From the NCBI RefSeq assembly GCF_022348085.1, contig NZ_JAKRFN010000007.1, positions 9,943 to 41,942 of the forward strand: DNA of 32,000 bases. The letters are read 5' to 3'. The DNA comes from Mycobacterium sp. PSTR-4-N. Its GTDB lineage: Bacteria > Actinomycetota > Actinomycetes > Mycobacteriales > Mycobacteriaceae. Under the pieces are notes generated by a model, which worked only from the letters and a program-made list of their open reading frames with translations, did not search any database and was not told the origin of the DNA. Shown here one piece after another: positions 25,222 to 32,000 of this stretch. Position numbers and translations under genes: made by a program. Numbering within the stretch: the stretch's first letter is position 1; every line of letters starts with the position of its first letter.

Positions 25222-26765
25222 TTCGGCTGCTCCAATGCTCCAGGGTTCTGACCCGCCGGCAGTGTGTTGTAACGCAATTGGGCATCAGACCGCGCCAACG
25301 TCGGGCCGGCGACGAACAACCGCAACACCGACCATGGGGCCGGTTTCGGTTCGGTGTTGAGCCCCAACGCCGTCAAGGTCTGATTGTCTCGCTCCACCCC
25401 GAACCGAATTCCGAAGTCCGAGAGCCACCACACCGACTCCTTCGTCGACGCGGTCTGGCCATTGCCGGTGCTGACGACGTAGTTGGCGTAATCGGGGGCG
25501 AAGTAGATCTGGTCGGCCACCTGACCACCGGTGTCGGCCGACGTCACCAGCTTGACGATGTGGCTGGTTTTGTCCGTGGGGACCGGGATGCTTGCTCCCG
25601 ATACCACCGAGGTCGTACTGCGGTCCTCGCCGCTGCCCTTCTGCCACCACCAGCAGGTGGCCGGGTTGGCTTGCGTGTCGACCACCTTGAGGGGCTCATC
25701 GGGGTAGATCGACGTGTCGATCACATTGACCGACGGCAGTTCTGCCAGCTTGGAGCCGGCGATGACTGCGATCGCGCCCGAAGGATTCCCGCCGGCGTTC
25801 TGCAGGATCTGGGCCACGATTGGGGAGACGGTCTGCATGCCGGAGAGCAGCACCACCGAGTACGTGGTGTTGCCTTCGACCTGTGGAGTGGAGATCACTG
25901 TTCCCACCGGCCCGGGGGCGCCGGGGAACGGAGCGGGAACGCCCAGACCGGCGATGGCCGGGACCGTCAGCGGCGGCGCCACCGGGATGGCGTTCAACAG
26001 TGCCTGGCTGATCGGTCGGGCCGACGCGAGGTCCTCGGCGGTGACCCCCAACGCCAGCAGAACCGGCCGCTGGCTGGCATCCACCAGCGAGCGGCGGCCA
26101 TCGCGGATCAGCCACACGTCGGTGCCGAAGCGCAGCAGGACACCATCGTCTTTGTCCAGGACGCGTCGGCGATCTGACAGATCGGGTTGTCCGTCGATGA
26201 CCGTCACCGTGACCGGTTCGGGTGCGCCGGCACCGAACGCCTTGGTGACCGCATCGCAGACCAGCCACGACGAACCTGCTGGCGAGGTGGCGTTCATGGA
26301 ATCCGGAGCCCCGGGGATACCCACCCACACACCGTGCGGTCGGGAGTCGATCTCGCTGCGCCGCACCGGAACCGGGTCCAACGCCTGACCGGCGATCAGA
26401 CGCGCCGAGGACAGGTTGAGCGCCGGGTACAACACGTTGTTGACATTGACGAACAGGTCGTCGGTCTTGTTGTCGGCGATGATCTTGGAGTCGCTGATCG
26501 AACCGGCGGGCCGGATGAACGACCAGAACAGCGCACCAAGGCAGATGACGATGACCAGGGAGAGGCCGGCGAGGATGGCCATCCATTCCCGCCGCCCGGG
26601 CTCGGCTTCCATCCGCACCTGCCGGCGGGTCATCCCCAGTGCAGCCCGCCGCGCCATGAACTGGTGAGCAGTGACCTGGACGCGCGTCGCGTACCCCAGG
26701 CCGCGGCCCAGCCGTCGTCTGGCGACCTCTTTGTCCTCGACGGCGCTGCCTCGTTCGCCTGCCAT
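25218..26765 (-). CDS. eccB: EccB, ESX membrane component (515 aa)
   Basis: ATG 26765 with GGGAGCGGAG upstream. The N-terminus ATRVQVTAHQFMARRAALGMTRRQVRME precedes a single TM (WMAILAGLSLVIVICLGALFWSF) and a large extracytoplasmic domain. It is the first ecc gene. Confidence 0.9.
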   Translation of the reverse strand: MAGERGSAVEDKEVARRRLGRGLGYATRVQVTAHQFMARRAALGMTRRQVRMEAEPGRREWMAILAGLSLVIVICLGALFWSFIRPAGSISDSKIIADNKTDDLFVNVNNVLYPALNLSSARLIAGQALDPVPVRRSEIDSRPHGVWVGIPGAPDSMNATSPAGSSWLVCDAVTKAFGAGAPEPVTVTVIDGQPDLSDRRRVLDKDDGVLLRFGTDVWLIRDGRRSLVDASQRPVLLALGVTAEDLASARPISQALLNAIPVAPPLTVPAIAGLGVPAPFPGAPGPVGTVISTPQVEGNTTYSVVLLSGMQTVSPIVAQILQNAGGNPSGAIAVIAGSKLAELPSVNVIDTSIYPDEPLKVVDTQANPATCWWWQKGSGEDRSTTSVVSGASIPVPTDKTSHIVKLVTSADTGGQVADQIYFAPDYANYVVSTGNGQTASTKESVWWLSDFGIRFGVERDNQTLTALGLNTEPKPAPWSVLRLFVAGPTLARSDAQLRYNTLPAGQNPGALEQPK

Positions 26766-26942
26766 CTACTCCGCTCCCGCGTTCCCGCTATGTACTGCGA
26801 CTCGATCAACTCCGGTCACTGAACCAACCTAAATTGGCCTCATCGGCTCAGCGACGCCCCAAGATGGGCAATCTCGGAATTCATCATGCCTGGTCTACGA
26901 GGTGGGCTGATGCACCAAATTAGTGGGGGGACGACCGCGAGG

Positions 26943-27980
26943 TCACGCCACGCGGCGGATCTCCAGGTGCCCTTTGGGCAGCGAACTCAGGTGCACGCGC
27001 TCACCTCGGTTGGGGGCTTCGATCACCATGTCCGGAGACACGGCCATCACGACGTGCTCGGGACGCCCGCGCTGCCAGTTGCACAGAATCAGGTCACCTG
27101 CCCGGATGTCGTCGCGGCTGACGCGGGCACCCGAGTTGACAAGGTCGTAGGTCGTCCGCGGCAACTCGATACCCGCTTGGCGATACGACCACTGCACCAG
27201 CCCGGAACAGTCGAACGCGCTGGGACCGGTCGCGCCCCACACATACGGTGCGCCCTGCCGGGTCTTCGCCGCGGCCACCGCCCGGTTGGCGCGATCACTG
27301 CCGTTGCCGTCGTGCCCGAACAGGCCGGCCGTCAACCGACTCGCGTCTCGGTTGTTTGGGCTGGTGAGGCGGCCGGGAAGGCGGGAGAACATTCCCATGC
27401 CGGGGAAGCCGCCACCGCCGCCGCCCATCCCCATCGAGGGCATCCCGCCGCCCATGCCCGCACCGCCACCCATCCCGCGGAACATGCCCGCCGGGGACGC
27501 CTGGCCGGCCTGGCGGTAGGCCATCGCCATCTGGCGCATCCGGGTCGCGAGCAGCTGATTCTGAGCCTTGGTGGTGTCGAGTTGGCGCTGCATCGCGGCC
27601 ATCCGGTCATCCATGCTGGTCACCAGCGTCCGCACTCCGGCCGGTGACCCCGTTGCCGGTGCGATCGCCGCCGCGGTGCTGGCGGCGCTTTGCCGCACCC
27701 CGGTTGCATTCGCGCGGCCGTTCTGACCCTCGGCCGTCCCGGCACTGGAGGTGCCGTTGGTTTGGGCGTCCAGGGCGCTCACCGCGCCCCAGGTGCGCTT
27801 ATAACCGTCGCCGGCGGTGCTGGCCCCGGTACCCAGTGCTGAGTCGGCAGGAGCGGCCGGGACCCCGGGCCCACCGGTCTGCACAGACCCTGGACCGCCC
27901 GCGGTGGGAAAGACCCCCTGAGCGGCGCCCAACACCCGGTCTACCTGCGCGATATACGCGCCAACACCCGAGCCGCCCAC
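26943..27980 (-). CDS. NlpC/P60 peptidoglycan endopeptidase with helical N-terminal domain and Gly/Met-rich linker (345 aa)
   Basis: GTG 27980 is the first possible start after an in-frame TAG. The C-terminus QGAPYVWGATGPSAFDCSGLVQWSY...GDLILC...PEHVVMAV contains the NlpC/P60 catalytic Cys/His pattern. The N-terminal 190 aa or so are homologous to the adjacent 171-aa protein. Confidence 0.8.
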   Translation of the reverse strand: MGGSGVGAYIAQVDRVLGAAQGVFPTAGGPGSVQTGGPGVPAAPADSALGTGASTAGDGYKRTWGAVSALDAQTNGTSSAGTAEGQNGRANATGVRQSAASTAAAIAPATGSPAGVRTLVTSMDDRMAAMQRQLDTTKAQNQLLATRMRQMAMAYRQAGQASPAGMFRGMGGGAGMGGGMPSMGMGGGGGGFPGMGMFSRLPGRLTSPNNRDASRLTAGLFGHDGNGSDRANRAVAAAKTRQGAPYVWGATGPSAFDCSGLVQWSYRQAGIELPRTTYDLVNSGARVSRDDIRAGDLILCNWQRGRPEHVVMAVSPDMVIEAPNRGERVHLSSLPKGHLEIRRVA

Positions 27981-28045
27981 CCGCTCAAACTAACCGGCCG
28001 ACAACCCCACAACCACGCCCCAAGACAACCAAAAACAGACAACCA

Positions 28046-28561
28046 TCAGGCCTGCCGAAGAGCCGCCATCTCCGCACCACGGGCGGTGATCTGCTGGGCC
28101 GACACCTCCAGTTGCTGCCGCGTGTGCCGAATGTGTTCCTGCATCGCCGCCAAGCGGCCGTCCATTTGGCGCACCAGCTGAGTCAGGTCATGTGGCTCCG
28201 GGCGCTCCCCCAGTGCGACTATGGCCTGGGCGCCGGCGGCCCGGGCTATGCCCCGCGCAGTCTCCCCAGCGCGGGTTGCAATCGCCGCGGCATCGCGCAC
28301 CGCCTCCTGGAATGCATCGGACAGCGCCGCAGCCCTGGCGTCGTCGCTGCGATAGCGCGCCGCCGCGTCCTCGGCGGCCGCGGCCATCCCGCTAGCGCCT
28401 TCGGGAACGCCCCCGCCTGCCACCCCCGCCGGGGCGGACAGCGCGGCGGGAGTCGAGGCCCGATCGGGAAACAACGAGACCGCGGTGGCGAGGATGCGAT
28501 CCACCTGCGCCACGTAGTTATCCCCAATGCCCATACCCGCAAGGATATGCGCCGCGATCAT
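28046..28561 (-). CDS. Helical Ala-rich protein (171 aa), paralogue of the N-terminal domain of the NlpC/P60 protein
   Basis: ATG 28561. GIGDNYVAQVDRILATAVSLFP aligns with GVGAYIAQVDRVLGAAQGVFP. LVRQMDGRLAAMQEHIRHTRQQL aligns with LVTSMDDRMAAMQRQLDTTKAQN. Contains YRSDD (YxxxD). Confidence 0.6.
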   Translation of the reverse strand: MIAAHILAGMGIGDNYVAQVDRILATAVSLFPDRASTPAALSAPAGVAGGGVPEGASGMAAAAEDAAARYRSDDARAAALSDAFQEAVRDAAAIATRAGETARGIARAAGAQAIVALGERPEPHDLTQLVRQMDGRLAAMQEHIRHTRQQLEVSAQQITARGAEMAALRQA

Positions 28562-28900
28562 GGTTCGACGGCGCCGGTCAAACCGGGCTGCGGCGCCCCG
28601 CTTCCCATCTGATCAACAGGACACCCGAAGTACCGGGCCGTTCCTACGCAGATGCCGAACCGAGCGGTGCGCTATTGGATCGTCACGGGCAGGGCAGTGT
28701 GTCGCTGTGCTTGGCCCTGAGTCCTTCGTCATCGCCACGGTGTAGTTGCCGACTAATTGTCGAGGAACCTGGAGTCATCCCCACGCGATCGGTGCTGTCG
28801 GTTGTGGCCACCGGCGGCCGCCGATAGCGATGCTGGGAAGCGTTGCGCGACAGCGGGTGTGGCGGGGTGCCTGGCGCCTTCGAGCTGTCCCCGCGAACGG

Positions 28901-30700
28901 TCAGCGGAACAGCACGGAGGCCAGTGACGGGCTGTCGTAAAAAGCCAGCGCCGCGAGCACGAACAGGGTTACCGCCATAGCGACGATGAGGGGCCAGGAC
29001 GTGGTATCGCGTCGCCGCGTCCACAAATAGCCAATGACTGCGATGGCAATCAGGGGCGCCACTTGAGCACCCAGGGCAATGGAATACACCCAACCACCGG
29101 CCAGGAAAGTAGCCACCACACACACCAGGTACAGCCCGAAGGCCGCGAGGATCCCCAGACCGATCAGGCCGGTCATCGACAGGGTGCGCTTCATGACTTC
29201 ATTCGGGTGACCACCGACGACATATCGTGGCAGCGCTTCATACCCTTTGGCCTGCACGACGTGGGTGACGACGTTGTCGATGGAGGGCTGCCAGACCATC
29301 TTGGCCAAAGCGGTGTATCCCAGGCGTTCCGGTGCGGCGAAGGGGCCATCGTCAGAGCCCGGTCCTTCGGTGATATAGCCGCGGATATCGAGGTGCGGGG
29401 TACCTGCTTGTTCGGTCCAGCGGAAGTGGATGGTGCTCCCTGGGCCGTCTTCATGCCCGGGCAAGGTGGCGAACTCGATGTCGATGGCATCAGCGGTGCG
29501 TTGAATCTGAGTGACCTGGACCGGCAGGTTGGCGAGTTGGGCGCCGGCTACCTTCATCTCCAGCGGCAGCTGGTCCCCGACCGCAGGAAACGCCTGGGGC
29601 GCACCGCCAATGGGGAAGTTGCAGTTGAAGCAGCGATGCAGTTCCTTCCACACGTCGTCCAGGGAGACCAGGCTGCCGCCATCGACAACAGTGCCGTCGG
29701 GACCGCGGGCGTGCACTGTGGTGGTGTAGCCGTTGTTGTACTCCCACGGCGCTTTTGGCAGGGGACCCGGCGGGGCCTCTTTGATCGTGGAGTTGTCCAG
29801 GGCTTGCACGGTCTGCGGGGGTGCGGCCGCGGTGTCGGCGACCAGATCCGCAGCGCGGGTCGTGTAGTCGGCGTAGGCAGTGACCGCACGGCTTTGCAGC
29901 GCGGCGAGTTGGGTTTGCAGAGCGGTGATGACCGAGGCGTAGCGGCCGCCGCTGGCGGTGTTGGCTTGGCGGGCAGCGATCAGACGTCGCTCCAGCTCGG
30001 CGAACTCTTCCAGGTGCGGGGTGGCCGCGCGGGTGCTGGTGAATACCTCGGCCTGCTGCGCGCAGATCCGCCCCGTCGCGGCGGCGCAGGCGGCGTGATC
30101 GACGTACCACCGCTCCAGCATGGCCAACCAGGTCTGAGCATTCTGCGCCGCCGGGGACTGCCAACTCCGCGCCAATTGTGAACGACCGGAACGGATATCG
30201 TTGCCGACATTGCGCAACTCGGCAGCGTGCGCGCGAGCGGCGTCGGCGGCCGCGAGCAGTGAGGCGGGGCCAGGTCCACAGTGGATGAGGGCCGCGATGG
30301 ACTTGCCGTCGGTAGGAGTCACCCCCGCCGGCATGGCGGCACCCGTGGGCGCCACCGCGGCAACGAGAGATAACCCCACCCCGGCAGGGGCGGTGGTCGT
30401 GCTGGGTGCTGGGGCGCTTGTCGAGCCCAGGGCGGCTGCGTTGAGCTCTTCCTGGTCGCGGTAGGTCGAAGCGTTGGCGTGCAGTCTGACCGCGGCCGCA
30501 GCGGTGATGGAAGCCGCCTGGGTGCTGTAACCGCTGATGACCGCCAGGCGGGTCGACACGACGCCGGCCACCGTGGCCGACACCTGATCCGCCGCCGCGG
30601 CCGCCACGGTCACACCGCTCAGCGCGTGCGGCGTGCTCACCGATCGGGTGATCGTGGCGGCTGCGCCGTGCAGCTCGTCGCCCTCAACGTACAGACCCAC
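28901..30700 (-). CDS. PE-PPE single-chain fusion (EspB-like N-terminus), unknown globular domain, 3 C-terminal TM helices (about 599 aa)
   Basis: The track start 30790 is a TTG. I prefer GTG 30700, which has GAGGGG and a 6-nt spacer. PE-like part: AAAADQVSATVAG...STYRDQEELNAAALG (YxxxE). PPE-like part: HCGPGPASLLAAADAARAHAAEL...SWQSPAAQNAQTWL. Middle domain: WEYNNGY...FATLPGHEDGPGSTIHFRW. TM helices: GLIGLGILAAFGLYLVCVVATFL, VYSIALGAQVAPLIAIAVIGYLW and WPLIVAMAVTLFVLAALAF. Confidence 0.65.
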   Translation of the reverse strand: MGLYVEGDELHGAAATITRSVSTPHALSGVTVAAAAADQVSATVAGVVSTRLAVISGYSTQAASITAAAAVRLHANASTYRDQEELNAAALGSTSAPAPSTTTAPAGVGLSLVAAVAPTGAAMPAGVTPTDGKSIAALIHCGPGPASLLAAADAARAHAAELRNVGNDIRSGRSQLARSWQSPAAQNAQTWLAMLERWYVDHAACAAATGRICAQQAEVFTSTRAATPHLEEFAELERRLIAARQANTASGGRYASVITALQTQLAALQSRAVTAYADYTTRAADLVADTAAAPPQTVQALDNSTIKEAPPGPLPKAPWEYNNGYTTTVHARGPDGTVVDGGSLVSLDDVWKELHRCFNCNFPIGGAPQAFPAVGDQLPLEMKVAGAQLANLPVQVTQIQRTADAIDIEFATLPGHEDGPGSTIHFRWTEQAGTPHLDIRGYITEGPGSDDGPFAAPERLGYTALAKMVWQPSIDNVVTHVVQAKGYEALPRYVVGGHPNEVMKRTLSMTGLIGLGILAAFGLYLVCVVATFLAGGWVYSIALGAQVAPLIAIAVIGYLWTRRRDTTSWPLIVAMAVTLFVLAALAFYDSPSLASVLFR

Positions 30701-31173
30701 CAGCACCCCCTCAGCTGAGTCGCAGGACTTCAGTATGCCGCCGCACCACCGCGCAGCAACCACAAACCCGCGCGCAGTCCGATAGGTCAATGGTGTTGGC
30801 GATGTCGGCGGTGACCGTTACCCGTTGGCCTACGACCGCGATGTTCCGCCGCCAACTATCCCTACGGGGATCGTGCGCGTTCCGACTTCATTAGTCGTGA
30901 TCCCCGACGCCTAGTCCGTTGCCGACGCGTACGGGTCATCGAGCTTTGCTAGGCCCGGGAAGAGATCGTTGAGAGCTCGGGTACGTCCAAATCGACTGCC
31001 GCGGAGCGGAACTGCTGTTTCAAATCATCACCGAATGTGAGGAACGCGCCTCGGTGGCGAATCGCGACCAAGCTGCCGTTCATCGAATTGGGCACCGTGT
31101 TCCCCGACCCGCGCCTGGTCGCTGCGATCGTCGACAGGGTCCGAGCCGCACCGCTTGCTGCAATGCTCGGGTT

Positions 31174-32000
31174 ATGACCTACGACCAAAACATCGACGTC
31201 TACGAGCACGGCATCGTCGTGTCAGACGGGGAACGTCCGCCTTCCGGCCTTTCGCTCATCGCAACGACTCGCCAGCCGATCTACAACTCCTACTCGCTTA
31301 CGCTCGTCGACCGCGACGGAACATCCCTTAATCACCGAGCGGTTCACGCGCTCGACGTACCGGGGGCGCACGCTGTCGTCGACTATCACGAGGAGAGTGA
31401 TGCTCGATTCTTCCTGCGCGAGTCGCTCTACCACCTCAACAACGTGATCGATAAATACATTTGGGCATGTCAGCTCTTTGAAGAGCTCCATGGCCATTAC
31501 GAGGGGCCGCGGAGCGGAAATACCGGTGACTCACGGGTGCTATTCGAGATTGACGCCTACCTCGGCGCCGCACGTCGCGTATACGAGGCGATCTCCAAGG
31601 TGCTCTGGAAGCACTACCACCCGGGCGAGAAAGGTCGTTGGGACTCAATACGCACCGCCACGAGAGCGATTGCATCAGGAAACTCGAAGGTGCCGGCCCA
31701 GCTCGGCGGCCAAATCGTCGACAGCTGGAACGCCTACGGCGCCAAACTCGCGGACTATCGAAATTTCGTCGCCCACACCGGCGCCTTGTCCGAGGGTGAA
31801 ACCTGCTGGTTGCACCGTTACGACAGACGGTGGGGCGCATCGGTCATGCTGCTTGAAAACCCCGAAAACAAGAAGCGGGTGCCGTTAAGGCCCGATGTGG
31901 GAATAGATGCACTCGCATACTGCTATGAGGTGGCAATCCACCTGGTAAAGCTGTGCGAACAGGTGGCGGCCACTGATGCCGTCGCCGACTATCTTGCGAA
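31174..32000 (+). CDS. Hypothetical protein with HEPN-type RNxxxH motif, 3'-truncated by window end (more than 275 aa)
   Basis: Hand-translated frame 1 is open from the in-frame stop at 30970-30972 to the window end, and the first ATG is at 31174. Translation: MTYDQNIDVYEHGIVVSDGERPPSGLSLIATTRQPIYNSYSLTLVDRDG...YLGAARRVYEAISKVLWKHY...AKLADYRNFVAHTGALSEG...IDALAYCYEVAIHLVKLCEQ. The RNFVAH motif is at 31759-31776. The ORF track lacks it because no stop falls inside the window. Weak RBS. Confidence 0.5.
   Translation, partial: MTYDQNIDVYEHGIVVSDGERPPSGLSLIATTRQPIYNSYSLTLVDRDGTSLNHRAVHALDVPGAHAVVDYHEESDARFFLRESLYHLNNVIDKYIWACQLFEELHGHYEGPRSGNTGDSRVLFEIDAYLGAARRVYEAISKVLWKHYHPGEKGRWDSIRTATRAIASGNSKVPAQLGGQIVDSWNAYGAKLADYRNFVAHTGALSEGETCWLHRYDRRWGASVMLLENPENKKRVPLRPDVGIDALAYCYEVAIHLVKLCEQVAATDAVADYLA

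Noticed and set aside
24112-26586. ORFs 24112..25251 (+), 25185..26177 (+), 25696..26586 (-) and 25714..26388 (+)
   Set aside because: These are alternate-frame or antisense shadows over eccC and eccB. They have no motifs and an Arg/Gly/Pro-biased composition.
28812-28823. 12-bp perfect palindrome CGGCGGCCGCCG as a regulatory site
   Set aside because: Pure G/C palindromes of this size arise readily by chance in DNA this GC-rich, and there is no second copy or flanking promoter-like elements. It is mentioned only within the intergenic-gap finding.
30949-31888. Track ORFs 30949..31209 (-), 31222..31497 (-), 31436..31840 (-) and 31478..31888 (+)
   Set aside because: All overlap a much longer open frame on the plus strand (31174 to the window end) that has a protein-like composition. 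ORF 31478..31888 (+) and the minus-strand ORFs are Arg-rich or short. ORF 30949..31209 (-) has moderately high GC3, so a small real gene or gene fragment there is not completely excluded.
1-32000. Scan for rRNA, tRNA, CRISPR arrays, IS elements with terminal inverted repeats, and integrase or transposase genes
   Set aside because: Nothing recognisable by eye: no cloverleaf-like conserved tRNA boxes, no regularly spaced direct repeats, and no transposase- or integrase-like translations in the ORF track.

Overview
GC-rich, mycobacterial-type DNA, roughly two-thirds G+C by eye (not computed), and almost entirely coding. Two convergent modules meet near 8.3 kb.

(1) Plus strand, 184-8308. This is a tightly coupled operon with the architecture of a Gram-positive 'minimal' type IV secretion/conjugation apparatus. 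In order it encodes a small leader ORF, a membrane-anchored protein with a discoidin-like C-terminal domain, a TcpC/VirB8-like protein, a small 2-TM protein, a VirB4-like ATPase, a VirB6-like polytopic membrane protein and a small unknown protein.

(2) Minus strand, 26765 down to 8378. This is a complete type VII (ESX) secretion locus. The order is eccB, eccC (single ORF), pe, ppe, esxB-like, esxA-like, espG, ParA/EspI-like ATPase, eccD, mycP, eccE, eccA, then one unknown 186-aa gene. That is the gene order of M. tuberculosis ESX-2.

Upstream of eccB on the minus strand are three accessory genes that look most novel:
- a single-chain PE-PPE (EspB-like) secretion domain fused to an unknown globular domain and a 3-helix membrane anchor;
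- a 171-aa helical protein;
- its paralogue fused to an NlpC/P60 peptidoglycan hydrolase.

At the right edge, in visibly lower-GC DNA, a plus-strand ORF (31174 to the window end) carries an RNxxxH HEPN-type motif. The ORF track misses it because it runs off the window.

Co-location of a T4SS-like set with an ESX locus is the arrangement reported for conjugative mycobacterial plasmids. I recognised no rRNA, tRNA, CRISPR array or IS element. Many ORF-track entries are high-GC shadow ORFs or over-extended N-termini. Start codons were re-derived by hand from RBS and overlap context. All homology calls come from motif and architecture recognition, not database searches.
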